Shown here piece after piece: positions 39,114-48,820 of a DNA stretch of 64,000 bases. Position 1 is the first letter of the stretch, and every line of letters starts with the position of its first letter. A program made the position numbers and the translations under genes. The stretch lies in assembly GCA_963715195.1 (NCBI GenBank), contig CAVQRT010000007.1:160001-224000 (forward strand). The letters run 5' to 3'. The stretch comes from Thermodesulfovibrionales bacterium. GTDB lineage: Bacteria; Nitrospirota; Thermodesulfovibrionia; Thermodesulfovibrionales; SM23-35. The notes under the pieces were generated by a model that made no database searches, had not been told where the DNA came from, and was given only the letters and a program-made list of their open reading frames with translations.

Positions 39114-39509
39114 CTAAAACTGCGGCAAACCGGTTTTAGAAAGAATATGCAGATGAATCTTCTCATCTGTTTGAATTCTCCTGAAAAGATCTTCTGCAAC
39201 TTTTCTGATATTTTCTTCATCATCTGCTGCCAGGACGAGGCGGAACCTGTTGAATCCTGCACTGTCCCTTTCCCTTTTTCCGATGTCGAACAGTCTCGGC
39301 AAAAGTTCCTTCATCGAATCTGCATTGTCCACTGAATAAACATAAACCAAAAGCCTGTTGCCGATATTGATGTTGCAGAGAATATTGAGGCCGTCAAGAT
39401 TGACATTCTTTTTACATTCGATATGCTGAAATACTTCTTCAGGACATCCGCAGCCAAGGGTATTCTGGGCAAAGGCCTTGATCTTGTCATTATCCATGCT
39501 GAATTTCAT
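39114..39509 (-). CDS. hypothetical protein
   Basis: 131-aa ORF (LGCGCP.EVF, IGNRLL, GFNRFRLV) directly upstream of gspA. Confidence 0.7.
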   Translation of the reverse strand: MKFSMDNDKIKAFAQNTLGCGCPEEVFQHIECKKNVNLDGLNILCNINIGNRLLVYVYSVDNADSMKELLPRLFDIGKRERDSAGFNRFRLVLAADDEENIRKVAEDLFRRIQTDEKIHLHILSKTGLPQF

Positions 39510-39558
39510 ACTATCATTTCTACTCCTTATTTACAATACATCGGGCGGCTGAAAGTGA

Positions 39559-39587
39559 TTGAACCGCACACTTCCTTCCGCTATAAT
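39559..39587 (+). promoter_or_regulatory. sigma70 promoter of rpe-tkt-pgl (near-leaderless)
   Basis: TTGAAC-17 bp-TATAAT, ATG 8 nt downstream. Confidence 0.65.
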
Positions 39588-39595
39588 GGAATACA

Positions 39596-40276
39596 ATGAA
39601 GATTGTACCAGCCGTACTCGCAGAACGAGAGAATGACTTCTTTTTCCTGATAAAACAAGCTGAGGCATTTACAGACTATGTCCAGATTGATATTATGGAC
39701 GGGTTCTTTGTCCCTTCCCGCAGTATCTCTTCCGCCGCAATCAACAGGCTCAAGACAACCTTAGACTTCGAAGTGCACCTTATGGTCAAGCATCCTTCTG
39801 CCTACATGACCATGGTGGATCATCCCCGACTGAGAAAAGTCATCTACCATGTCGAGTCCGGGGTGGAAGACATCACGTTCATCCACCAATTAAAAGACCG
39901 CGGGTTGGCCCCGGGTCTCGCAATAAAACCGGGAACCCCGATTAAAGGTTTTCACCATTTGATAGAGCATGTCGACACCCTGTTATTCATGACCGTTGAT
40001 CCCGGTTATTATGGAAGCCCTTTCAAACCTGAAGTTCTGGATAAGATAAAAGAGACACGCTCCCGCTTCCACAATATCCTTATTGGAGCAGACGGCGGTG
40101 TATCGCTCGATAACCTTCATCTATTTATCAATGCCGGAGTTGACTATGCCTGTGTCGGAAGCAGAATTTTTCTTGGTGACAATCCCGGTGATAACTTCAG
40201 GGGTTTTTTGAAGCGAATAGAAGAGGAATATGGCCAAGAAGATAGTCACGAGGTTTTTCAGCCTGACAAGGAATAG
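39596..40276 (+). CDS. rpe: ribulose-phosphate 3-epimerase
   Basis: QIDIMDG.FVP, EVHLMV, MTV.PG..G, DGGV, VGS. Confidence 0.9.
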   Translation: MKIVPAVLAERENDFFFLIKQAEAFTDYVQIDIMDGFFVPSRSISSAAINRLKTTLDFEVHLMVKHPSAYMTMVDHPRLRKVIYHVESGVEDITFIHQLKDRGLAPGLAIKPGTPIKGFHHLIEHVDTLLFMTVDPGYYGSPFKPEVLDKIKETRSRFHNILIGADGGVSLDNLHLFINAGVDYACVGSRIFLGDNPGDNFRGFLKRIEEEYGQEDSHEVFQPDKE

Positions 40277-40304
40277 CGGAAAAGGAGGGAGTGGGGGAGA
40301 GAGA

Positions 40305-42143
40305 ATGACAACAATGGAACGATTGGAAAATATAGCAAGACTTATTCGCTATTATATTCTTACCTCAACAACGGCAGCGGGCTCCGGACATCCGACCTCA
40401 TCCCTCTCCGCTGCCGACTTAATGACCGCCCTTTTCTTTGGTGGAATTATGCGGTTCGACGCGGAACATCCTGAAAATCCGAACAATGACCGGATAATCT
40501 TTTCCAAAGGCCACGCATCCCCGCTTTTCTATTCCCTCTGGACCGTCGCCGGAAAAATTTCGGAGCAGGAACTGATGACAATGAGAAAATTCGGGAGTCC
40601 TCTGGAAGGGCACCCGACTGTTTCCTTTCCGTATACCGAAGCGGCAACAGGCTCCCTCGGACAGGGACTCTCTATCGGTGTGGGTATGGCGCTCAATGCC
40701 AAATACATCGATAAACTGCCTTACAAAACATTTGTTCTCCTCGGCGACAGCGAGATGGCAGAAGGTTCACAATGGGAGGCGATTCAGATTGCAGCATATT
40801 ACCGTCTGGACAACCTTATCGGGATCCTTGACGTCAACCGTCTCGGCCAGCGGGGCGAAACCATGTACGGACACAATCTTGACGCCTACCGGAAGAGGAT
40901 ATCCGCTTTTGGCTGGAAATCAATCGTCATTGACGGGCATTCTCTTGATCAGATCATTGTTGCCTATAGAAAGGCTCTCAGGTCAAAAGAGAAACCGGTT
41001 ATGATCATCGCAAAGACAATTAAGGGAAAAGGCTTTTCGTTCATTGAAGACAAGGATGGCTGGCACGGAAAGGCACTGAACAAGGAAGAATATGAACGGG
41101 GATTGATGGTGTTCGGTCCTGTTGATACATCGATCAGAGAACAACTTCGGAAACCCCTCAGAAAAAGGCCGGGGGAAACAGTCACTGTGAAACCGCCGGA
41201 TATTGCGTATTCCCCGGACAAGCCGGTGGCAACACGCAGGGCATATGGGAATGCGCTTGCGAGAATTTCCCCTGCATTTCCGGATATGGTGGTTCTTGAT
41301 GCAGAGGTCAGCAACTCCACCTTCTCCGGGATTTTCAATAACCAATATCCGGATCGTTTTTTCGAGATGTTTATCGCTGAGCAGAATATGGTCGGAACCG
41401 CACTGGGTCTGTCGCGAAGAGGGAAGATACCATTTATATCAAGCTTCGCTGCATTCCTTACACGGGCTTTCGATCAGATCAGGATGAGTCAGTATTCCGG
41501 TGCGAATGTAAAAATCTGCGGCTCCCATGCGGGGGTATCGATCGGTGAAGACGGACCGTCCCAGATGGGGCTGGAAGATATCTCCATGTTCAGGGCGCTC
41601 CTGAACAGCGTTGTGCTGTATCCATCTGATGCGGTTTCGACGGAAAGACTTGTAGAGGAAGCCGCCGGTCATCATGGTCTGGTCTATATCCGTACCACGA
41701 GGGCTGATACCCCGATTCTCTATAGCAATGATGAGGCATTTCCTGTCGGAGGCAGCAAACTCCTGCGAAAAAGCGATCATGACCGGTTGACCGTTATCGC
41801 TGCAGGCATAACCCTTCATGAGGCGCTCGCCGCCTATGGAGAACTGAAAGGCGCCGGAATCTTCATTCGTATCATTGATCTGTACAGCGTGAAACCGATT
41901 GATGCGAAGACTGTCACAGAAGCTGCGCACGATACCGGGGCGATCATCACTGTTGAAGATCACTTTGCAGAGGGCGGCATTGGCGAGGCTGTCCGGAGTC
42001 TCCTCAGCACAACACCAGTGCCGGTATACTCACTCGCTGTGAGAAAGATGCCGAAGAGCGGAAAACCGTTTGAGCTCCTGGATTATGAAGAGATTTCACG
42101 GAACTCGATCGTGAAAAAAGTCAGGGAGTTGACAGGAGAGTAA
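40305..42143 (+). CDS. tkt: transketolase
   Basis: SGHPTSS, SKGHA, GSLGQG, GDSE..EG, IAEQNM, GEDGPSQ; start MTTM 40305. Confidence 0.95.
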   Translation: MTTMERLENIARLIRYYILTSTTAAGSGHPTSSLSAADLMTALFFGGIMRFDAEHPENPNNDRIIFSKGHASPLFYSLWTVAGKISEQELMTMRKFGSPLEGHPTVSFPYTEAATGSLGQGLSIGVGMALNAKYIDKLPYKTFVLLGDSEMAEGSQWEAIQIAAYYRLDNLIGILDVNRLGQRGETMYGHNLDAYRKRISAFGWKSIVIDGHSLDQIIVAYRKALRSKEKPVMIIAKTIKGKGFSFIEDKDGWHGKALNKEEYERGLMVFGPVDTSIREQLRKPLRKRPGETVTVKPPDIAYSPDKPVATRRAYGNALARISPAFPDMVVLDAEVSNSTFSGIFNNQYPDRFFEMFIAEQNMVGTALGLSRRGKIPFISSFAAFLTRAFDQIRMSQYSGANVKICGSHAGVSIGEDGPSQMGLEDISMFRALLNSVVLYPSDAVSTERLVEEAAGHHGLVYIRTTRADTPILYSNDEAFPVGGSKLLRKSDHDRLTVIAAGITLHEALAAYGELKGAGIFIRIIDLYSVKPIDAKTVTEAAHDTGAIITVEDHFAEGGIGEAVRSLLSTTPVPVYSLAVRKMPKSGKPFELLDYEEISRNSIVKKVRELTGE

Positions 42144-42183
42144 TTCCTGATTAAAGGATTCTCATTGAAGTTTCCCGACACGG

Positions 42184-42945
42184 ATGAACATTCTCATAGG
42201 ACAAAAATTGGAAGATATAAGCATTGAAGCGGCCCGGTTGTTCATGAGCCTCTCAAGAAGGTACATCCGTTCATCGGGAAGATTTGTTACCGCCCTCTCA
42301 GGCGGAAGAACTCCGGAAAGATTATATGAAATACTTGCTTCAGACTACTATCAGAAAGGGATAGCGTGGAGTAAGGTCCACATTTTCTGGGTTGACGAAC
42401 GGTTTGTGGCTTCTGATCATCCTGACAGCAATTTCCGTCTCGTACAGGAAACTCTGTTGCAGAGCATCACCCTGCCCCAACACAACATACATCCAATCAG
42501 GACTCAGGGGGCAACAGCTTCCGTATCCGCAAAAAAATATGAAGCAGACGTCAAAGACTTCTTCAAAATCACTAAAAAGGATGTATTCCCCCGGTTTGAT
42601 CTCATCATACTCGGAATCGGAGAGGATGGCCATACGGCATCCCTGTTTCCGGGCAGCAAAAAGCTGGGCGACAGGGAACACCTCGCTGTTGCAGTACAAA
42701 ACCGGAAAACACAGCATCCGCGCATTACCCTGACGTTACCGGTTCTGAACAGCGCGCGGCATATCCTTTTTTTGGTTAGCGGAAAGAGCAAGGCACCGGT
42801 CATCAAAAAAGTGATTATACAGCGGGATGGGACGATTCCCGCGTCCCTTGTGAATCCATATGACGGGAAGTGTCATTATTTTTTCGATCAAGATGCAGGC
42901 AGTTGTCTTCTGAAAACGGGGGTGAAAAAACATGCCACACGCTGA
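42184..42945 (+). CDS. pgl: 6-phosphogluconolactonase
   Basis: LSGG.TP, DERFV, SN, G.GEDGHTASLFP, RITLT. Confidence 0.95.
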   Translation: MNILIGQKLEDISIEAARLFMSLSRRYIRSSGRFVTALSGGRTPERLYEILASDYYQKGIAWSKVHIFWVDERFVASDHPDSNFRLVQETLLQSITLPQHNIHPIRTQGATASVSAKKYEADVKDFFKITKKDVFPRFDLIILGIGEDGHTASLFPGSKKLGDREHLAVAVQNRKTQHPRITLTLPVLNSARHILFLVSGKSKAPVIKKVIIQRDGTIPASLVNPYDGKCHYFFDQDAGSCLLKTGVKKHATR

Positions 42946-43375
42946 ATCAGCAAGTACTATTTTCAAGTATGTAAAATACGCACACGGTCTTTTCAATGCC
43001 CTGGTTATTCTGCTTTTCCTCTATCAGGGATGGCTCGGCCTGAAGATCAGACAAAGCAGGGCAGCCGGAAATCCTCCTGATCTCCTGTTCGTTAAAAAGC
43101 ACAGGAAGTTCGGCCCTGCTCTGGCTGTCATGGGAATCTTCGGGTTTTTAGGAGGAATCAGTACGGTTTATCTGGATGAAGGAGCATTTTTTGAACACCC
43201 GTTGCATTTCATGACGGGATCAACCATTAGCGCTCTCATCATACTGACCTTTGTAGTTTCACGGAAAATACGGGGAAGAGAATCTGGATGGAGAACTATC
43301 CATTATGTCATCGGTATTGCAATCCTCACCCTTTATTTGTTTCAGGCTTATTTGGGCGTGAGAATGCTTTTTTGA
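42932..43375 (+). CDS. DUF4079-like His-containing membrane protein
   Basis: Four TM helices with His residues (AHG, KHR, HPLH, IHY). Confidence 0.7.
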   Translation: MPHAESASTIFKYVKYAHGLFNALVILLFLYQGWLGLKIRQSRAAGNPPDLLFVKKHRKFGPALAVMGIFGFLGGISTVYLDEGAFFEHPLHFMTGSTISALIILTFVVSRKIRGRESGWRTIHYVIGIAILTLYLFQAYLGVRMLF

Positions 43376-43809
43376 ACAACATCTGCCTTTTCCGAGGCAT
43401 TCTTCAGATCTTTTAGAAACGTCGTTGTAAGATCCTTCATTCGCTTTTCTGGAAGGAGAAAACCTCCAACGCTGCTCAGTACTCCTGAAAATGTTTCCTT
43501 GCTGGTAACGACGATACTACTTTCATGTTCTTGAAAGAAAAACTCATGGAAGGCGAATAGACCCTTTTTCTGTGCAGACCAGATGACCCGTTCAAACGGC
43601 ACAATATCATGAATTTTAATGTTGACCTTAATCGGAAATATGAACGGCCGGAAGCAGCACCTGATGTCCTTCCCATTCAACAGGCATTTGTCATCACAGA
43701 CGATCTCGCTCATAACGGTATTCCACTCAGTCCACCGGGTCAGGTCGGTGAATGTCTGCCAGACCTTCTCCATCGGTGCATTGATTTTTATGGATTCTTT
43801 AATGATCAT
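43348..43809 (-). CDS. SRPBCC family protein
   Basis: I.INAP.EKVW..FTD..RW.EWN; start uncertain (43809 or 43848). Confidence 0.8.
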   Translation of the reverse strand: MIIKESIKINAPMEKVWQTFTDLTRWTEWNTVMSEIVCDDKCLLNGKDIRCCFRPFIFPIKVNIKIHDIVPFERVIWSAQKKGLFAFHEFFFQEHESSIVVTSKETFSGVLSSVGGFLLPEKRMKDLTTTFLKDLKNASEKADVVQKSILTPK

Positions 43810-43952
43810 CTGAGATATATGATGTTCATTAGTAATCAATATTATCATATTTGTCCTCAGTCCTGTGAGCCATTATTTGATTTGGAGTAAAGGTTATGAG
43901 AAGAAGATTTTCGCTTGCAAGCACGGGAGATTCGGCATACAATATGGAGGTT

Positions 43953-44900
43953 ATGGAGAAAATCACAATCGGCATCAGTTCCTGTCTCCTGGGCAATACT
44001 GTCCGGTACGACGGGGGTCACAAGTGGGACCGCTACGTAACCGACACGCTCGGCGTGTATTTCGAATGGGTGCCGGTTTGTCCCGAAGTCGAGTACGGTC
44101 TTCCGATTCCGAGAGAATCATTGCGTCTAATCGGTGACCCGGCCTCTCCCCGTCTCGTTACCACAAGAACCGGTGTTGATCATACCGACGGCATGCTCAG
44201 ATGGGCGGACAAGAAGTTGAAAGACCTCGAACAGGAAGACCTCTGCGGATTTATTTTCAAGAGCAGGTCACCAAGTTCTGGCATCACCGGTATTAAAGTC
44301 TACACTTCTTCAGGAATGCCGAGCCACAGGGGAACCGGTATTTTCGGCGGGGCATTCATGCGTTATTTCCCACTTATACCGGTCATTGACGACGGTAGGC
44401 TTCATGACCCCCAATTGAGGGAAAATTTTATCGAGAGAGTATTTGTTTACCAACGATGGAAAGATTTTCTCAAAGGCAACCCATCGGTAAAAGACCTGAT
44501 CGCATTTCATGCGGAACACAAATTGCTGATTCTCTCTCACAGCCCCAAGCACCTTAGCGCTCTCGGCAAACTTGTTGCCGGGGCGAAAAAATATGACCGG
44601 AAAGAGCTCTTTGCAACCTATATTCAACTCCTGATGGAATGCCTCCAGCTTATCGGCACCGTCAAAAAGAACACGAATGTGCTCCTGCATATTGCAGGCT
44701 ACTTTAAACAGTCCCTGCCAGCCGACGACAAACAGGAATTGCTCGGGATCATCGAGCAGTACCACAGGAAATACGTTCCCCTGATTGTTCCCATTGTCAT
44801 TATGAACCATTACGTAAGGAAATTTGATGAACCGTATCTGCACAAGCAGTACTATCTCCATCCGCATCCGCTCGAACTGATGCTCAGAAACCATGTCTGA
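43953..44900 (+). CDS. DUF523+DUF1722 (YbgA/thiouracil desulfurase-like) protein
   Basis: GISSCLLG..VRYDG, VCPEV, KSRSPS, FH..HK, PHP.EL.LRNHV; GGAGG RBS. Confidence 0.9.
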   Translation: MEKITIGISSCLLGNTVRYDGGHKWDRYVTDTLGVYFEWVPVCPEVEYGLPIPRESLRLIGDPASPRLVTTRTGVDHTDGMLRWADKKLKDLEQEDLCGFIFKSRSPSSGITGIKVYTSSGMPSHRGTGIFGGAFMRYFPLIPVIDDGRLHDPQLRENFIERVFVYQRWKDFLKGNPSVKDLIAFHAEHKLLILSHSPKHLSALGKLVAGAKKYDRKELFATYIQLLMECLQLIGTVKKNTNVLLHIAGYFKQSLPADDKQELLGIIEQYHRKYVPLIVPIVIMNHYVRKFDEPYLHKQYYLHPHPLELMLRNHV

Positions 44901-44984
44901 GCGGGATTTGACATCGCAACTGTTTTATGTTTCTATAGCCCTCGCATATGATGGGTAAATCAATTTCTTAAAGGAGGATGTTTC

Positions 44985-45872
44985 ATGCGTAAAATTTTGT
45001 TGATTCTGGGAAGTCTCTTCCTGACGGTGCTGTTCATGCAGGCGAATGTTTTTGCTGAGGATGAAGCGGTTGTCGCAAAGATCGGCGACAAGAAAATAAC
45101 CACGAAGGATTTCAAGAGGATTACCGACTATTTCGACCTTGAGCGGCAGAAAATGCTCGAGACAAACCCCCAACTGAAAGAGACTGTTCTGAAGCAATTC
45201 ATCCAGAGCATTGTGATATCGGATCTGGCAAAACAGAAGGGATTTGACAAGAACCCCGAAATCAGGGAACAACTTCAGTTTTTCTCGGACAACTTTCTCG
45301 CGAATGAATATCTGAAGCGCGAGATAGCCGAAAAGATAACGGTTTCTGATGATGAACTGAAATCCTATTATGATACCCATACCGATGAATTCAAAGCCCC
45401 GGAGATGATCAAAGCACGGCATATTCTTGTGAAGGTTGAGGACACTGCTTCCGAGGATGAAAAGAAAAAGGGAAAAGAAAAGGCCGAAATGTATCTGAAG
45501 AAGATCAAGGAAGGCGAGGATTTTGCCAAACTGGCGTCGGAAGTCTCTGATGACCCCGGCTCAAAAGCAAAAGGCGGAGACCTCGGTTTTTTCCCGAAGG
45601 GAAGAATGGTTAAGCCGTTTGAGGATGCTGCGTTTTCTCTTAAACCAGGAGAGGTGAGTGGATTGGTAGAAACCCAGTTTGGTTTTCATATCATAAAAGT
45701 TGAGGAGAAAAAGGACTCGACGGTAGAGACATTCGATGCGGTGAAAGACCGCTTACGGCAGAAACTGCTACAGGACCGCATGAGAAAGGAAGTTACGGAA
45801 TTTATTGACAAGGCAATGCAGGACTCAAAAGCAGAGATATTCCCTGATGTTTTGATGGGCGGTAATAAGTAA
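44985..45872 (+). CDS. exported parvulin-type peptidyl-prolyl isomerase
   Basis: Signal peptide; ARHIL, S.D.GS..KGGDLG, F..AAF.L, GFHII. Confidence 0.94.
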   Translation: MRKILLILGSLFLTVLFMQANVFAEDEAVVAKIGDKKITTKDFKRITDYFDLERQKMLETNPQLKETVLKQFIQSIVISDLAKQKGFDKNPEIREQLQFFSDNFLANEYLKREIAEKITVSDDELKSYYDTHTDEFKAPEMIKARHILVKVEDTASEDEKKKGKEKAEMYLKKIKEGEDFAKLASEVSDDPGSKAKGGDLGFFPKGRMVKPFEDAAFSLKPGEVSGLVETQFGFHIIKVEEKKDSTVETFDAVKDRLRQKLLQDRMRKEVTEFIDKAMQDSKAEIFPDVLMGGNK

Positions 45873-45898
45873 GTCTTTTTTCCCCCCGACTATATCTG

Positions 45899-45930
45899 AC
45901 AAGGAACCCTGATAAACCAGGGTTCCTTGT
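45899..45930. terminator. terminator hairpin between convergent genes
   Basis: 13-bp perfect stem ACAAGGAACCCTG-ATAAAC-CAGGGTTCCTTGT. Confidence 0.8.
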
Positions 45931-45964
45931 TTCCTTCCCCTGTCTACTACTTACTGTTTAAAGT

Positions 45965-47119
45965 CTACCTCTTGGCTGCCTCTTTAATCAGTGCCTGACC
46001 GATGACGTTTCTCTGAATCTGATTCGTCCCTTCATATATCTGGAGGATCTTTGCATCTCGCATCATCTTCTCGACAGGATATTCCCTCATGTATCCCGAT
46101 CCCCCCATAACCTGCACCGCGTTCGTTGTGACTTTCATTGCCATGTCTGTTGCAAAAACCTTTGCCATGGCTGCTACCTTCGAGGCATCTTTGGCACCGC
46201 TGTCCATATACCTCGCGACGGCATATACAAGTGCACGTGATGCCTCTATCTCTGTTGCCATGTCGGCAAGCATATGCTGGATTGCCTGGAAACTGATAAT
46301 AGGATGACCAAACTGTACACGCTGGCGGGCGAACTTCACTGCTTCCTCGAACGCACCCTGCGCTATCCCCACTCCCTGGGCACCTACCCCAACCCGGGCA
46401 TTGTCGAGCGTCTTCATGGCCACTATAAAACCCAGTCCTTCCTTCCCGATAATATTCTCTTTGGGTATCCTGCAGTTGTCGAAGATCAGTTCCCGTGTAG
46501 AAGATGCCCGTATACCCATCTTTCGCTCCTTCTTTCCGAACAGGAAGCCGGGGGTATCCTTTTCGATAACGAATGCAGATGCACCACGTGCGCCTTTTGA
46601 TTTATCCGTCAGGGCGATGATCGTGTAAATTTCCGCCTCTCCTCCATTCGTTATCCATTGTTTTGTGCCGTTGAGAACATATTCGCTGCCTTCGAGCCGG
46701 GCAGTCGTCTGAATTCCTCCGGCATCGCTTCCGGCATTCGGCTCGGTCAAACCAAATGCAACAAGCCGCTTGCCGAGGGCTATCTCGGGCATATATTTCT
46801 TTTTCTGATCATCTGAGCCGAAGAGCAGTATCGGATACGTGCCGAGCGCATTTGCCGCATAGGTTGTTGCAACCCCAAGGCATGCGCGGGAGAGCTCTTC
46901 AACGGCGACGCATAATTCAAGGTTTCCCTTTCCGAGTCCTCCGTATTCCTCGGGAATAAACAGCCCAAAAAGATCAGCCTGTGCGAGAACATTCATGATC
47001 TCCCATGGAAACTCCTCTTTATCATCCAGTTCTTCCCTCACAGGGACGACTTTTTCCTCGGCGATCTGTCTCGCAAGATCTCTTATCATGACCTGGTCTT
47101 CATTTAAAAAATAGTCCAT
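45965..47119 (-). CDS. acyl-CoA dehydrogenase (butyryl-CoA dehydrogenase-like)
   Basis: FGLTEP.AGSD, K.WITNG, KMG.R.S, R.QFG, IYEGTNQIQR. Confidence 0.95.
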   Translation of the reverse strand: MDYFLNEDQVMIRDLARQIAEEKVVPVREELDDKEEFPWEIMNVLAQADLFGLFIPEEYGGLGKGNLELCVAVEELSRACLGVATTYAANALGTYPILLFGSDDQKKKYMPEIALGKRLVAFGLTEPNAGSDAGGIQTTARLEGSEYVLNGTKQWITNGGEAEIYTIIALTDKSKGARGASAFVIEKDTPGFLFGKKERKMGIRASSTRELIFDNCRIPKENIIGKEGLGFIVAMKTLDNARVGVGAQGVGIAQGAFEEAVKFARQRVQFGHPIISFQAIQHMLADMATEIEASRALVYAVARYMDSGAKDASKVAAMAKVFATDMAMKVTTNAVQVMGGSGYMREYPVEKMMRDAKILQIYEGTNQIQRNVIGQALIKEAAKR

Positions 47120-47260
47120 GCTTCATCCTCCACAGTAGGGTTGTGCTTCTGGAAGTTAATTCTAACATTAACAAAATGTCTTTTGATATACGAAATTATC
47201 CGACACAGCACGTTTTCAAAAAAAGAATATTTTGCAAAGCAATGGATAAGGAGGCTGGGA

Positions 47261-47647
47261 TTACAAAAAGCTCAGTGTACCGTCAAGGATCTTTAATCCT
47301 GTTAAGGCGGAAGTAACTTCACGATTATTGGAAACCCACATGACCTGTGCCTTGAGACTGACATCGTTGATGTTGATATCAACCGTATCAGCAAGAGGAA
47401 GAGACGGGCTGCCGAATATTTTCAGGCAGATTCCGTTATCAGAGACATCCATGGTGCATGCCTGAATGTTTTGGTTCTGATAGGTGAATAGCAAGGGGAT
47501 TTCTTTCTTCACGCGGGACTGTCCTCTTTTCTCCGGACCGTACTTGCCGCTGAAAAGAACTCCGCAATACGGACATGGCTTGAACTTCTCCACAGAAGCA
47601 CTGTAGGAATCTTTACTACACTTTGGACATGTCAACCGTAAGATCAC
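47261..47647 (-). CDS. PilZ-domain protein with N-terminal zinc ribbon
   Basis: CPKC/CPYC; RGQSR (RxxxR) and DVSDNG (DxSxxG). Confidence 0.82.
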   Translation of the reverse strand: MILRLTCPKCSKDSYSASVEKFKPCPYCGVLFSGKYGPEKRGQSRVKKEIPLLFTYQNQNIQACTMDVSDNGICLKIFGSPSLPLADTVDININDVSLKAQVMWVSNNREVTSALTGLKILDGTLSFL

Positions 47648-47812
47648 ACAAGGTCTCCTGCAGAGAATTCATTTGAAAGGACCGCTTACAGAATCATCGT
47701 CTCCTCGCCCATAACACTTTTACACGAAACAGAGAGATTTTACAATTACCCATAAGGCTGACATTTCAGACTATTTAGTTTGAAAGGAAGGGGAAACTTT
47801 CGTTTTAATACC

Positions 47813-48436
47813 TCAAATATGGCCGGGCCAGATCTTGTGTGTATAAAGAGCGAGCTGCAGCCTGTCCGAGACTCCAACTTTTTTAAAAATACGGTTGCAA
47901 TGTGATTTCACCGTCTGCTCAGTGATGGAAAGCTTCTGGGCTATTTCTTTGTTCCTGTACCCGTGACATATGAGCGACACGATCTCTTTCTCTTTTCTGG
48001 TAAGATCAATCCTACGGTCGACATGGGTCATATTGTAGAGAACGTCCTTGACCAGTTTGCGGTCAAGCCACAACTCCCCGGCATAAACCACTTTGACCGC
48101 TTTCCTGAGCACTCTGGAATCGGCATCCGGCGCGAGGATTCCGAAAACCCCCCTCATCAGCAATTCGGGAATCTGCCGCTCCGATTCAGAAAGCCACGAC
48201 CTGTCACTGATGAGCAGGATCTTCGACCCGCTGTCATTCGGGAAATCATCGGGGAAGGACCGGAATATCTTGAAATCTGCAAGGATAATATCAGGACTGA
48301 GTTTCAGAATCTCATCCACATCTGTACCTTCATCGAAGATGCCGATGATGTCAATTCCGTCGTCTTCCCTGAAGAGTTTCTTGATGCCTTCACCGAGAAG
48401 GTAACTGTGGCAGCCTATCGCTAAGCGTATGGTCAT
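47813..48436 (-). CDS. LuxR/NarL-family regulator with atypical receiver domain
   Basis: LT.KE.EI..L...G..NKEIA..L.I.E.TVK.H HTH; receiver lacks acidic pocket and Lys. Confidence 0.9.
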   Translation of the reverse strand: MTIRLAIGCHSYLLGEGIKKLFREDDGIDIIGIFDEGTDVDEILKLSPDIILADFKIFRSFPDDFPNDSGSKILLISDRSWLSESERQIPELLMRGVFGILAPDADSRVLRKAVKVVYAGELWLDRKLVKDVLYNMTHVDRRIDLTRKEKEIVSLICHGYRNKEIAQKLSITEQTVKSHCNRIFKKVGVSDRLQLALYTHKIWPGHI

Positions 48437-48439
48437 CCT

Positions 48440-48811
48440 TTATTCCTCAAAATAAGTCGCAGATGCAGACTCGGATTCCCAGACCGTTACACCGGAAAGG
48501 CTTACGGTTTCCTCTGGCAGTTTCTTTTTCAGGGAATCAAAGATCCACTTCGCAATATTTTCCGACGAAGGGTTTTTTTCGGTAAACGGGAAGATATCGT
48601 TCAAAAAACCGTGATCGAGTGGTTCAAGAACCTCGTCGGTAAGTTTTTTCAGATCATGGAAATCCATGGCAAGATCAATATCATTCAGCTTCTCTGCGAG
48701 GACATAGACCTGCACTTTCCAGTTATGCCCGTGAAGTTTTTCGCAGCGGCCCTGATACCCGCGCAACTGATGAGCTGCGGAGATATATGTCTCGATCATC
48801 AGTTCAAACAT
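48440..48811 (-). CDS. queD: 6-carboxytetrahydropterin synthase
   Basis: AAH.L, C..LHGHN, DF, LDH..LN, P.SEN, WES. Confidence 0.93.
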   Translation of the reverse strand: MFELMIETYISAAHQLRGYQGRCEKLHGHNWKVQVYVLAEKLNDIDLAMDFHDLKKLTDEVLEPLDHGFLNDIFPFTEKNPSSENIAKWIFDSLKKKLPEETVSLSGVTVWESESASATYFEE

Positions 48812-48820
48812 CTTCGGTAT

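Noticed and set aside
47686..47712. uORF MGEETMIL / MIL upstream of PilZ gene
   Set aside because: SD spacing only 3 nt; expected by chance
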